From contig OY729431.1 of NCBI GenBank assembly GCA_963422395.1, positions 544,001-608,000 of the forward strand: 64,000 bases of DNA, given 5' to 3'. The position numbers and the translations under genes were made by a program. Source of the stretch: Vicinamibacteria bacterium. Its GTDB lineage: Bacteria > Acidobacteriota > Vicinamibacteria > Marinacidobacterales > Marinacidobacteraceae. Shown piece after piece: positions 1-9,518 of this stretch. Position 1 is the first letter of the stretch; every line of letters starts with the position of its first letter. A model generated the notes under the pieces. It was not told the origin of the DNA. It worked only from the letters and a program-made list of their open reading frames with translations, and did no database searches.

Positions 1-664
1 GGCCGGCGATGATGCGGTTGCGTCGGGGGAAGTGGTGGCGCAGAGGTTGCGTTCCTGGTGGGAATTCGCTCGCGACCGCGCCGGATCCGGCACATCGGCG
101 GGCCAGCTCGCGGTGTTCGGGCGGATAGAAGCGGTCGTGGGCGGACCCGAGAATTCCGATGGTGACCCCTCCGGCGCCAAGCGCCGCCCGGTGAGCCCCC
201 GCGTCCACGCCGCGGGCGAGGCCGCTCACGACCGTGAACCCCGCTCGCGCGAGGCCCGCGCCGATTTCTTCGGCGATCGAGATTCCGTACGGGGTGGCCC
301 GGCGGGCTCCGACCACGGCCACCGCCGGCGCGTTCCAATCCGCGGGCCCGGCGACTTCGAGTGCGATGGGCGGAACCGGGATTTCAGCGAGTCGAGCGGG
401 ATAGGCGTTCGTTCCGAGAAAGAGGAACCGCCGCCCGGCGCGCTCCGCAGCGCGCTGCCAGCGATCGGCTCCCTCCCGCAATCGGGGGGCCGGATCTCCG
501 AAGCGGTGGCGGAAGGCCCGGACGGCCTCCTCGAGGCTCCGACCCTCGAAGAGAGCGGACCGCGCGCGGGCGGAGGGGGTTTCGGCGAGGGCGAGGGCGA
601 TTGCCGCCTGCCGGAGTTCCGGCGGGATTTCGCGGGCGGGCGGCTCGTTCGCCGGGTGTTCCAT
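1..664 (-). CDS. dprA: DNA-processing protein DprA/Smf (runs off window edge)
   Basis: Manual translation from ATG at 664: YPARLAEIPVPP, AVVGARRATPYG, VVSGLARGVDAGAH, SEFPPGTQPLRHHFPRRNRIIAG are typical DprA motifs; not in the ORF track because it is truncated. Confidence 0.9.
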   Translation of the reverse strand, partial: MEHPANEPPAREIPPELRQAAIALALAETPSARARSALFEGRSLEEAVRAFRHRFGDPAPRLREGADRWQRAAERAGRRFLFLGTNAYPARLAEIPVPPIALEVAGPADWNAPAVAVVGARRATPYGISIAEEIGAGLARAGFTVVSGLARGVDAGAHRAALGAGGVTIGILGSAHDRFYPPEHRELARRCAGSGAVASEFPPGTQPLRHHFPRRNRIIAG

Positions 665-823
665 GGCGGCGGTTGCTTCTGCGGCGGTTGAAAAAACTCC
701 TTCCCCGATACTTAGACGGAATTTTTCGAAATTCTTCCCACCAGCCGATCGGCGGCCCTCCTTATCCCCGCGGAATTCCGGCGCGCGTTACTATCGGAGA
801 TCTTTCACGAAACGGGGAACGCC

Positions 824-1249
824 ATGGTCCGTTCGAAGCGATCACGAAGCCCGATGCGCGGGACGGTGGGAAACTGCCGGCTCGCCGTCGCGGCGGCCGT
901 CTTCCTGCTCGCCGCAGGCGTCGCGGCCGGGTCCGATGAGGAACGCTCCGGACGGGAGAACTCGTTCGGAGTGGAGGTGGCGAGCCGCGGCCTCTGGAAG
1001 GAGGCGGCCTACCGCTGGGAGAAGGCCGTCGCGATGGACCCGCTGAATGCGAAGGCCCGCAACAATCTCGCCGTCGCCTACGAACGGTCGGGGAAGTTCG
1101 AAGAAGCGCTCACCGCCTACGAGTCGGCGCTCGAGCTGTTCCCCGGCAGCGAGCACATCCGGCAGAATTACGAGCTCTTCCGCGAGGCGTACGAGCGCAA
1201 GAAGCGCAAGGACCGCGACGCCCGCCGCTCTTCTCGCTCCCGCCGCTGA
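824..1249 (+). CDS. Secreted TPR-repeat protein
   Basis: Hydrophobic signal-like N-terminus, then TPR pattern (EAAYRWEKAV..DP.NAKARNNLAVAYE..GKFEEAL..YE.AL.L.P); start may be ATG at 854. Confidence 0.8.
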   Translation: MVRSKRSRSPMRGTVGNCRLAVAAAVFLLAAGVAAGSDEERSGRENSFGVEVASRGLWKEAAYRWEKAVAMDPLNAKARNNLAVAYERSGKFEEALTAYESALELFPGSEHIRQNYELFREAYERKKRKDRDARRSSRSRR

Positions 1250-1257
1250 TCCGCACG

Positions 1258-2154
1258 ATGCATCCCCGAAGGAGCCTTGCCGCGGGATGCGGCCACGGCA
1301 AGCGGGCGGTCACGCCGGCCTACCTGCCGACCTTTCTGCCGGGCCGCTTCGGGCTGCCGCGCCGCTTTTGCCTGCTGCCCGCAGCGTTCGCTGTCGGGAC
1401 TCTCGCCCTCTCCGCCTGTGCCGCCGGCTCTTATGTGGAGGTGCCCATCGAGATCCCGATCGATGCGAAGCTCGATCTCTCGAACTACGGGCGGGTCCTG
1501 GTGGGCAGCTTCGTGACCCAGAACAACGAGAATCTGGATCTCGATTCCGAGACCTCACGGCTGCTCCGCAACCAGTTGCGGTTGAATTCCCGGTTGGCAG
1601 TGATCGAAGCGGAGGTCGAACCGCTCGGCGATTTCTCGGATGCCGCGATCGAGTCGAGCGGGCTTTCCGCGCAGTTCGAGGAGATGGCGGAGGAAGCGGT
1701 GGCGATCGGCGATGGAGAGATCTCCCGCCAGGAGTGGATCGATCTCGAGCAGGACAAGCTCCTCGAAGACGAGGAGTACTGGCGCCGTCTCGGGGAGGAG
1801 TTCGAAGAGCCCCTCATCGTCAGCGGGCGGCTCCGGTTCGCCGCCGAGGAACGCTCGGGGTACTCGCGCCGCGACCGCTATCTGCGCGATCAGTTCAACC
1901 GGCCCCGGCTGGTGCGGAGCACCCAGTTCCAGGAGAGAAACGCCTACACCCTCACCGCCGAGTTCTATTTCATAGACGGCGCGAGCGGCCGCACGATCCA
2001 CCGAGAACGCTTCACCGAGGAAGTCATCTTCGGCCGTGATGAGGAGAGCTCGGCTTTGTCCTCCTATTTCGAGCTGATGGACCGCGTCCTGCCGAACTTC
2101 CTCAGCATCGTGACGCCTCAGACCTTCCGGGGCACGAGAGTTCTGTTGCGCTGA
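1258..2154 (+). CDS. Putative lipoprotein, unknown function
   Basis: Lipobox-like LALSAC after a hydrophobic stretch; tightly spaced between the TPR and Omp85 genes; start uncertain. Confidence 0.65.
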   Translation: MHPRRSLAAGCGHGKRAVTPAYLPTFLPGRFGLPRRFCLLPAAFAVGTLALSACAAGSYVEVPIEIPIDAKLDLSNYGRVLVGSFVTQNNENLDLDSETSRLLRNQLRLNSRLAVIEAEVEPLGDFSDAAIESSGLSAQFEEMAEEAVAIGDGEISRQEWIDLEQDKLLEDEEYWRRLGEEFEEPLIVSGRLRFAAEERSGYSRRDRYLRDQFNRPRLVRSTQFQERNAYTLTAEFYFIDGASGRTIHRERFTEEVIFGRDEESSALSSYFELMDRVLPNFLSIVTPQTFRGTRVLLR

Positions 2155-2172
2155 CCCGGCTTCGGGAGCGCC

Positions 2173-5100
2173 ATGGAAAGGAGCAGGCTGGTGATGAGAG
2201 AGTCTTCGAAGAGTTCCGGTTCGTTCTGGTCGCGGTCGGTGCTCGTTGCCGGGCTCGCCGCTTTCGGAACTGCAGCTGCCGCGCCGGCGCAGTACTTCAT
2301 TCCGTTCTACGGAAAGAACAAGGTCAAGTACGACAAGCACGACTGGCAGGTGTACCGGTCACCGCACTTCGATGTCTATTACTACCCGGAAATGGAAGAG
2401 GAACTCGGGCGCCTGGTCAGCTATGCCGAGAGCGCTTACGAGACGATTTCGGACGAACTGAAACACGAAATTCCCTTTGCCATCCCGCTGATCCTCTACA
2501 AGACATTTTCCGAATTCGCGCAGACGAACCTGTCGCCTTCGGAGATTCCCGAAGGTGTGGGGGCGTTCGCCGAATCCACCCGGGACCGGATGGTCATACC
2601 CATCGACAACCCGCCGGACGAGCTGCAGGAGCTTTTCCTCCACGAGTTGACCCATATCTTCGAGTTCGACATCGTCCCCCGCTCGCTTTTTCGGCAGACG
2701 GTCCCGCTCTGGATCGACGAGGGGCTCGCCACCTACATGGAAAACGAGTGGGATCCTCTCGATCTGATGGTGGTCCGCGACGCTGCGGTCGCCGACCAGG
2801 TGCCCACATTCGAGGAACTGAATCAGGCATTCGCCCGGACTCCGTATTCGTTCGGAGCATCCATCTTCGACTTCATGGAAGAGCGCTTCGGAAAGGAAGG
2901 GGTTCGGCAGTTCGTGTTTTCCCTGCGGCGTGCGGTGACCGGAGGCGTGAGCGAGGAGGTGTACGAACAGGCGTTCCGTATGGCCCCGGAGGATTTCTAC
3001 CGGGAATACAAGCGCTGGATGAAAGAGCGCTTCAAGCCGTACCGGGACAAGGAGATCCCCGAGGATTACAGTGTGGATCTCTCCCCGAGGGAAGGCCGCT
3101 ATCTCGGGGCCATTTCGGCGGCGCAGTCGCCGTCGGGAGAGGTGATCGCGGCGCTGGCCGGGAACCGCCGGGAGTCGGAGTACGATGTCGTGCTCCTGTC
3201 GGCCAAGGACGGCGAGATCCTTCGCAATCTGACCCCCGGGTATGCCGGCGAGTTCCTGAATGTGGTGGGACTCACCGGGGAGGATCAGCTCATCGGGCGG
3301 AATCTGAGCTGGACGCCGGATGGATCCCGCGTCGCCTTCTTCGGCCGCTTCCAGAAGCGCCGCGCCCTGCTTTTCGCCGATGTGGTGGAGTCGGAGATCG
3401 TGCAGCGCATCGAGATCCCCCTCGATCGAGCGAAGTTCCCGCATGTCGGCCCGAAGGGGGAGTGGGTGTATTTCGCCGCTCTTCGGGACGGTATCGGGGA
3501 CATCTACCGCGTGAACATCGTTTCGGAACGAATCGAGAACCTGACGCGCGACGACTTCCACGACAAGTTTCCAACGGTGAGCCCCGACGGCGAATGGCTC
3601 TATTACAGCCGACGCATCAGCGGCTACGACAAGCTCTACCGGCTGCGGATCGAGACCGGCGACAAGGAGCAGGTCACCTTCGGCACTTTCAACGATGTGG
3701 CGCCGACCTTCGCTCCGGGAGGACGAGACCTCGTGTATTCCTCTGACGAGGATGACGGGATCTTCAACATCCGAACGCTCGATACCGAGACTGGCGACAT
3801 CCTCCAGTACACCGATGTGCTCGGCGGCAATTTCTGCCCGAGCGTGATCGTGGATCCCGAGACCGGCCAGAACACCCTGCTCTTCACCAGCTACTACAAG
3901 GGGAACTGGGGACTCCACACCCTCGAAATGGACGAGCCGGTCAAGGAGATCTTTGCCGACACGATCGTCCGCACTCCGGGTCCGGTCATCGATTTCGTGC
4001 CCACCGTGAACCATCAGGTCATCAGCGAGAACAAGCGGGAGAAAGGCCGTTTCGAGAAGCTCTTCCTCGACGGTGTGCCTCCGATCCAGGCGGGGGTCAC
4101 GAGCGACGGCGACTTCATCGGCGGCACTGCGATCTCGTTCTCGGATGTGCTCGGCGACGACCGGCTGTCGTTCACCGCCTTTTCCGTCCGTTCCTACCGG
4201 ATCTACAACGCCCAGTACGCGAACTTGTCGGGCCGGTTCCAGTACGCCCTCGAGGGGCACGATCGCACCTCGTTCTTCTACCCTCGACTTCCCTACTACC
4301 TCACGAACTACTGGTCACGGGCCGACAGCATCGGAACCATCCGCTCTTCGGGCGCGTCAGCGCGGGCGCTCTACCCGCTCAGCCGCTTCCGCCGGTTCGA
4401 GATGGGTATCGGCTATGACTATCAGAACTCGGGTTTCGAAAACATCTACCTCCGGCCCGGTGAGGATCCGCTCTTGCCGCAAGAGTACGTGGACCCGTAC
4501 CGGGATTTCTACCAGCGAATCTTTCCCAGCGGCCATCTCCTGCCAGCTCGTCTGGCGTTCGTCCAGGACACGATTCGCTTCCGCCAGCTCGGGCCGGCGG
4601 TGTTCCCGCAGTCGGGAAGTACGGTGTACGCGGGCGCCGAATGGTCTCCCGGGGGACCGTTCCTCTCCCGGACGACCTTCGACATCGACGCCCGGAAGTA
4701 CATTCAAGTCACCAGCGCCAGCGTTCTCGCTGCGCGCCTGCGGTGGTACCACAGCTTCGGCGATGCGCCAGGATTCTTCTGGTTCGGCGGAAACGGAGAA
4801 CTCCGCGGCTACCCGCTGTATTCGATTTCCGGAAACCGGGGCGGGCACGCTACCGTGGAGTTCCGGTTTCCTCTCATAGACGCTGCGATCACGCCGATCG
4901 GCCTGATCGGCCCGCTCCGGGGCAGCATCTTCGTGGACGCCGGTGGCGCCGCCCATGTCGGAGAGAAACTCGGTCTCTTTTCTTCCGACCGGCGGGAATC
5001 CCGACTGGGGAGGCTTTGCGGCCCCCGGCAGAACTCGCTCTGTGTATCCGAAGGCTTCGGACTCGACGACTTCGTGGCATCTTACGGATTCAACGCCCGA

Positions 5101-5208
5101 ATCTATTTCCTCGGTCTGCCGCTCAATTTTGCCTGGGCGAAACGCACCGATTTCGCCACCACCGTCCCCGGCTGGAAATTCGCCTTCTGGATGGGCTGGG
5201 CGTTCTAG
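2173..5208 (+). CDS. Zn-metallopeptidase / PD40 beta-propeller / Omp85 (BamA/TamA-type) barrel fusion protein
   Basis: Signal peptide, YGKNKVKY, HELTH plus WIDEGLA (gluzincin-like), repeated W/F-S/T-PDG blades, Omp85 lid motif GG..ELRGY, C-terminal aromatic GWAF. Confidence 0.8.
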   Translation: MERSRLVMRESSKSSGSFWSRSVLVAGLAAFGTAAAAPAQYFIPFYGKNKVKYDKHDWQVYRSPHFDVYYYPEMEEELGRLVSYAESAYETISDELKHEIPFAIPLILYKTFSEFAQTNLSPSEIPEGVGAFAESTRDRMVIPIDNPPDELQELFLHELTHIFEFDIVPRSLFRQTVPLWIDEGLATYMENEWDPLDLMVVRDAAVADQVPTFEELNQAFARTPYSFGASIFDFMEERFGKEGVRQFVFSLRRAVTGGVSEEVYEQAFRMAPEDFYREYKRWMKERFKPYRDKEIPEDYSVDLSPREGRYLGAISAAQSPSGEVIAALAGNRRESEYDVVLLSAKDGEILRNLTPGYAGEFLNVVGLTGEDQLIGRNLSWTPDGSRVAFFGRFQKRRALLFADVVESEIVQRIEIPLDRAKFPHVGPKGEWVYFAALRDGIGDIYRVNIVSERIENLTRDDFHDKFPTVSPDGEWLYYSRRISGYDKLYRLRIETGDKEQVTFGTFNDVAPTFAPGGRDLVYSSDEDDGIFNIRTLDTETGDILQYTDVLGGNFCPSVIVDPETGQNTLLFTSYYKGNWGLHTLEMDEPVKEIFADTIVRTPGPVIDFVPTVNHQVISENKREKGRFEKLFLDGVPPIQAGVTSDGDFIGGTAISFSDVLGDDRLSFTAFSVRSYRIYNAQYANLSGRFQYALEGHDRTSFFYPRLPYYLTNYWSRADSIGTIRSSGASARALYPLSRFRRFEMGIGYDYQNSGFENIYLRPGEDPLLPQEYVDPYRDFYQRIFPSGHLLPARLAFVQDTIRFRQLGPAVFPQSGSTVYAGAEWSPGGPFLSRTTFDIDARKYIQVTSASVLAARLRWYHSFGDAPGFFWFGGNGELRGYPLYSISGNRGGHATVEFRFPLIDAAITPIGLIGPLRGSIFVDAGGAAHVGEKLGLFSSDRRESRLGRLCGPRQNSLCVSEGFGLDDFVASYGFNARIYFLGLPLNFAWAKRTDFATTVPGWKFAFWMGWAF

Positions 5209-5915
5209 CTCTGACGAAGACTCCGGATCCAGGCGACGGCTTCCGGCGCCAGACCCGGGCCGTCGTGCTTCACATAGAGATACAGCGTGTCCACGCGGTC
5301 TCCGAGCCGGTGGAGCATCTCCGAGATCGTCTGTCTTTCGGGCCCGCTATACGGCGGATCCCGGCGAAGGCGCACATAGGCGAAGTCGGCGGTCACCGGG
5401 ACTTCGGGTTCGGTTTCCAGTCCGCTGATTCCGGCGGCGAGCGCGACTCCGGCCTCTCGGCACGCCGCCTCCACCGCCGCCGAGCGCCAGGAATCGTGCC
5501 GGAACTCCAGCGCGAAAAGCCCCCCTCGAGGAAGAACGCCGAGGAACTCCCCCAGTCTTTCGTCATTCCGAGGAAACCAGGGGGGACACTGGAAGAGGAC
5601 GGGGCCGAGCCGCTCTCCGAGAGGCGCGAGCGCCTTCAGAAAGGAAGGTACCGATTCCGCTGCGCCGGCCAGCCGGGCGCGGTGCGTGATCCCCTGATGT
5701 GCCTTGACCGAGAAACGAAAGCTCTCGGGAGTACTCGCTCCCCACGCCGAGGAGAGCTCCGGTTTCGGAAAACGCCGGAAGGTGTGATTGATCTCGACGC
5801 TTTGGAATACCGAGCTGTAATGGGAAAGGAAATCAGCCGGTTTCGTTTTCGGCGGGTAGAACCGGCCCACCCACTCCCGAAATCCGTAGCCGGAGGTGCC
5901 GGCGTACAGTTTCAA
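5205..5915 (-). CDS. DUF72 family protein (YecE-like)
   Basis: GTSGY, SVEIN.TF, F.FSVKA, LGPVLFQ.PP, EFRH.SW, YVRLR motifs. Confidence 0.9.
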   Translation of the reverse strand: MKLYAGTSGYGFREWVGRFYPPKTKPADFLSHYSSVFQSVEINHTFRRFPKPELSSAWGASTPESFRFSVKAHQGITHRARLAGAAESVPSFLKALAPLGERLGPVLFQCPPWFPRNDERLGEFLGVLPRGGLFALEFRHDSWRSAAVEAACREAGVALAAGISGLETEPEVPVTADFAYVRLRRDPPYSGPERQTISEMLHRLGDRVDTLYLYVKHDGPGLAPEAVAWIRSLRQS

Positions 5916-6358
5916 TGGCTTTCGAACAGGCTATCGAAAGCGGCTTTCGCGTCGCGCGCCGTGTCGAGCTTTCTGCCGGTCACATCGAGAACCTCGGTTG
6001 CACGGAACGAGATGCAGTCGTTTCCGGCCCACTTGTCCACGATGCGTTCGGAGATGTCAGCTCGGCACTCGTACCGCTGCGCCGGATCGAACAGCGAGCA
6101 ATGCCGGCAGGATCGCAGCGGAGTAGAGCAGGTGGGGCAAGTGGAGCCGACCACGATGGACACCTCACCGATCGGCCACTGATACCCGCAGCGGCCGCAG
6201 CGAGTGACCACGGCCGCCCGGCGGTCTCCGGCGAGCCGCAGGGTGCGCAGCTGTTCGGTGTTTCCGAGATCGGCGAGCCTCTCGTCCATCTCGCGATGAA
6301 AACGGCGTTGTCCGTCAGTGTCCTGACGCTTGTGCTGGCCGCGCCGGCTGTACTTCAT
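5912..6358 (-). CDS. Cys-rich (zinc-ribbon-like) hypothetical protein
   Basis: CGRC, CPTC, CRHC and two further Cys; C-terminal AKAAFDSLF; 4-bp overlap with DUF72; start chosen at MKYS. Confidence 0.7.
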   Translation of the reverse strand: MKYSRRGQHKRQDTDGQRRFHREMDERLADLGNTEQLRTLRLAGDRRAAVVTRCGRCGYQWPIGEVSIVVGSTCPTCSTPLRSCRHCSLFDPAQRYECRADISERIVDKWAGNDCISFRATEVLDVTGRKLDTARDAKAAFDSLFESH

Positions 6359-6521
6359 TCGGGAGTCTTCTGGTTTGCTGCTGTTTCGGCGGGAAACACC
6401 GCCCGGTGCCCATGAAGCGGGAGTACCACCCACTTCCGAAAGCACCGAAGCCGCAAGGGAGATGCTTCCTCGGGAAGGCGCCGGAGATCCGGGCGCGACC
6501 CTCGATCACCGATTCCGAAGC

Positions 6522-7382
6522 CTAACACGATGCGATGGCCCGCCGTCCGAGCGGTCGTTCCGGTTGGCAGCGCGGACAGTAGAAGGAGGATCTGCCGGCG
6601 ATCAGGATCCGGACGATTCCGTCACGACGACAGGAAACGCAGATTTCCCCTTCCTGCCCATATACCGAAAAGCGTGCGCGAGTGCTTCGCCGGCCGGCGG
6701 CTCCGTCGCTCAGGTAGAGGATCTCGGGATTGCGCGTTTCGCGGATCGTCCGGCGGAGTGTCCAGCGGATCGCCCGGTGGAGCCGCAGCGCGGCTTCGGT
6801 TTCGATCGCAGCGGCGCTTCGTGCCGGATGGATTCCGGCGCGCCATAGCGCCTCGGTCGCCTGGATGTTGCCGATCCCGGCGATCCGGTCCTGGTCCATC
6901 AGAAGCGCCTTCACCGGGCGCCGGGACGCGGCGAGCAGCCTGGCGAGGCGGCGGCCGGTGAACGAGGCATCGAGTGGTTCCGGTCCGAGCCGGGCGAGCC
7001 GGCGTTCGTCTTCGGGAAGGCACAGCGAGAAATGGCCGAAACGCCGGGTATCGGAGAACACCACCCGGAGGCCGCCGGCGATCTGCAGGCTGGCCCGCAC
7101 TGCGGGAGGGTCGGGCGCGCTCCGGCCCCGCCGTACCCACTTGCCGCTCATCCCGAGATGGCTCAACAGCGGCGGGCCGGCGGCGGCGAGTTCGATCCGC
7201 AAGAATTTGCCGCGCCGCTCGACGGCGCGCACCACCCGACCCTCCGCCGCCCTCCGGATCGCACCCTCGTCCTGTCCGCGGCGAGTGAGCGCATCGGGGA
7301 CGGCGATTTCGAGAAGCCGTCGTCCGGCCAGCCAGTCGGTCAGATTCTCCCGATGGATCTCGGCTTCGGGCAGTTCCGGCAC
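6522..7382 (-). CDS. mutM: Formamidopyrimidine-DNA glycosylase
   Basis: N-terminal PELPE, RRGK, HLGMSG, D.RRFG, AGIGN, C-terminal zinc finger CVSC..CPRCQ. Confidence 0.93.
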   Translation of the reverse strand: MPELPEAEIHRENLTDWLAGRRLLEIAVPDALTRRGQDEGAIRRAAEGRVVRAVERRGKFLRIELAAAGPPLLSHLGMSGKWVRRGRSAPDPPAVRASLQIAGGLRVVFSDTRRFGHFSLCLPEDERRLARLGPEPLDASFTGRRLARLLAASRRPVKALLMDQDRIAGIGNIQATEALWRAGIHPARSAAAIETEAALRLHRAIRWTLRRTIRETRNPEILYLSDGAAGRRSTRARFSVYGQEGEICVSCRRDGIVRILIAGRSSFYCPRCQPERPLGRRAIASC

Positions 7383-7421
7383 GGGAGGCAGCGGGATGAC
7401 GAGAGTCCGGAGGAAGGCTTG

Positions 7422-9332
7422 CTATTCGGCGAAGATCTCTCCGATCGCCCGCTGGGCCTGGTCCATGGCAGCCTGGGTGTATGCGTAGGCGCCGGCGTCG
7501 GCGTTCGCGATGTGGATCCGACCGAACTGCCGGCGGCCGATCTCGTGGGGAGCCTCGCCGGGGGCGAAGGGGGGATCCCACAGTGAGTTGTATTCGAAGG
7601 AGTACCCGTGCGGCCAGCGATTCACGGTGATCCCGAGGATGTCTCGGGCCGGATCGAACCCCCCGGGGCCCAGCGCCCGGGCGAGCTGGCTGCGGGTTTC
7701 GCGTTCGAAGTCCGCGAAGCTGGTTCGCAGCAGCTCGTTCTGTCCGGCCCGATGCTGGACCCGCGCACTTTGCCCCGGATAGCACGGAGTGCGAACTGCA
7801 TGCAGCACGATGAGATCTTCGGGGCCGCTCGAAAACGAATACCCACCGAGGCTCACCGGGAAGTCGAGGGCCACGGTCGAATGGAATCCGGCGGGGGAAT
7901 AGACACTCGAAGCGCCGAGTTCGACGAACGAGGTCCAGTTCCGGATCAGGATGTTGCTGTAAACGAGCGGAACCTTGGGCGGGTAGGCGAGTGCCCGGCG
8001 CTGCTCCTCGGGCAGCTCCGGCAGGAGATAGGGGATGACCTGGTTGTAGCAGGCGAGAACGACGCGTCGGGCGCGGACGCGCACTTCGGCCCCGTCCCGC
8101 ACATAGGTCACGCTCGCTCCTTCGCCGCCGCCGTCCCGGACCCGTACCGCGGTGCTGTTCAGGCGGATCCGGCAAGCAGAATCCGGCCGGTCGAGCGCGG
8201 CATAGTCGAGCCGGGCTCGCACGATGTCTTCGCCGCCAGTGCCGGCCGCCGCCGCCGGAATTAGCTTCCGCACCAGCAAGCGGGCGATGGTGGCGTTTCC
8301 GTCCGGAAAGTGGAAGATGTACGGCTCGGGGTTCGGGTTCGGTTTCGCAGTGAGGCTGAGCCGAGGGTGGTCGCCGGGGAGGAGCCCCATGTCGTCGAAA
8401 CCGGGATATCCGAGCGACCAGAGGTCGAGCGCCGGCACTCCGTCAGGCCCCATTCCGAAGAGACCGTGAGGGCGCTGGCGATAGAGCGCCCGGATCTCTT
8501 CTCCCATCCCGAGCGCCTCGAGGAACGCCTGGTAACTGGTGGCGGCGAGCCGCTCTTTCTTCGTGGAGTCCTCGAGCTCGGGCCAGGGATCGCCGGGGGA
8601 ATCCCGCAGACGGACGAAGTCCGCCCGGCCAGCCGCGCTGAGCGGCGCGGCGGCGGCGAACTCCTCGGCGGAAAGCATCCCGAACCCGGCGACCAGCCGA
8701 TCCTCGGAGAAGTCTTCTGCCCCGAAGAAGACCGCATCGCTCAAACCGAAGGAGCGGTAGAGGCCGCGGTCGAAGGCAGTGTGGAACAGGTCGAGATCCA
8801 CCCCCAGCTCGTCGAGCAAACCGCGAGTCCCGGGGCTGAAAGTCGCCGGAGAGTCGAGGGACTGGGTGCCGCCGTAGCCGAGGATCGTCCGGCCCTCGTG
8901 GGTGAACTCGTTGCGCTTGGCATGACCGCCGAAGTCGTCGTGGTTGTCGAGGACCAGGATGCGGGCATCTGCGCCGGCGGCCTTCCGGTAGAGCCAGGCT
9001 GCGGTGAGCCCGCTGATGCCGCCTCCGACCACCACCAGGTCGAAGTCGCCGCCATCCTCTGCCCTCGAGTCGTCCCAACTGCCGGCGGTCCGGAACTGGT
9101 CGCGAAGGGTGTGGGCGACCTCGAACGATCCGGGGTGGCTGCCGCGGAGCCCGGTGCGCGCAGGCGGATAAGGACCTGCCGGCGCGGGAGAGGCACGACT
9201 TGAGGCCAGCCCTCCGGAAAGGCTGGAGAGCGCGAGCACCCCCGCGCCCAGCGGGATCCCGTTCAGGAAATCTCGCCGGCTGATCTCCCGCTGCATCCCG
9301 AGCTCCCGGTCCCGGTCGCGAGAAGGGTGCAT
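7422..9332 (-). CDS. Tat-exported FAD-dependent oxidoreductase, spermidine dehydrogenase (SpdH)-like
   Basis: ISRRDFLNG, YPP..TGLRGSHPGSFEVAH, VVVGGGISGL, DNHDDFGGHAKRNEF, FPDGNA, TVNRWPHGY. Confidence 0.85.
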   Translation of the reverse strand: MHPSRDRDRELGMQREISRRDFLNGIPLGAGVLALSSLSGGLASSRASPAPAGPYPPARTGLRGSHPGSFEVAHTLRDQFRTAGSWDDSRAEDGGDFDLVVVGGGISGLTAAWLYRKAAGADARILVLDNHDDFGGHAKRNEFTHEGRTILGYGGTQSLDSPATFSPGTRGLLDELGVDLDLFHTAFDRGLYRSFGLSDAVFFGAEDFSEDRLVAGFGMLSAEEFAAAAPLSAAGRADFVRLRDSPGDPWPELEDSTKKERLAATSYQAFLEALGMGEEIRALYRQRPHGLFGMGPDGVPALDLWSLGYPGFDDMGLLPGDHPRLSLTAKPNPNPEPYIFHFPDGNATIARLLVRKLIPAAAAGTGGEDIVRARLDYAALDRPDSACRIRLNSTAVRVRDGGGEGASVTYVRDGAEVRVRARRVVLACYNQVIPYLLPELPEEQRRALAYPPKVPLVYSNILIRNWTSFVELGASSVYSPAGFHSTVALDFPVSLGGYSFSSGPEDLIVLHAVRTPCYPGQSARVQHRAGQNELLRTSFADFERETRSQLARALGPGGFDPARDILGITVNRWPHGYSFEYNSLWDPPFAPGEAPHEIGRRQFGRIHIANADAGAYAYTQAAMDQAQRAIGEIFAE

Positions 9333-9518
9333 CGGATCGCTGCTTACTCGGGGCAGCGCGAGGCGCGGGTACCGGTCGGGCGGCCTCGAAGATTCCACCA
9401 TGGAGGTGAATCTTCCCACTTCGCCGTTTCGAGGCTTCGAGAGCGGCCGCGGCTGTTCTCCGTGTTTCCGCGCATCCGGTAAATTGTCGGGTCCCCCTGT
9501 CCCTCCGGAGGCCCTCCC

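Noticed and set aside
32-691. Plus-strand ORFs at the window start
   Set aside because: Antisense shadows of dprA, which reads without a break on the minus strand
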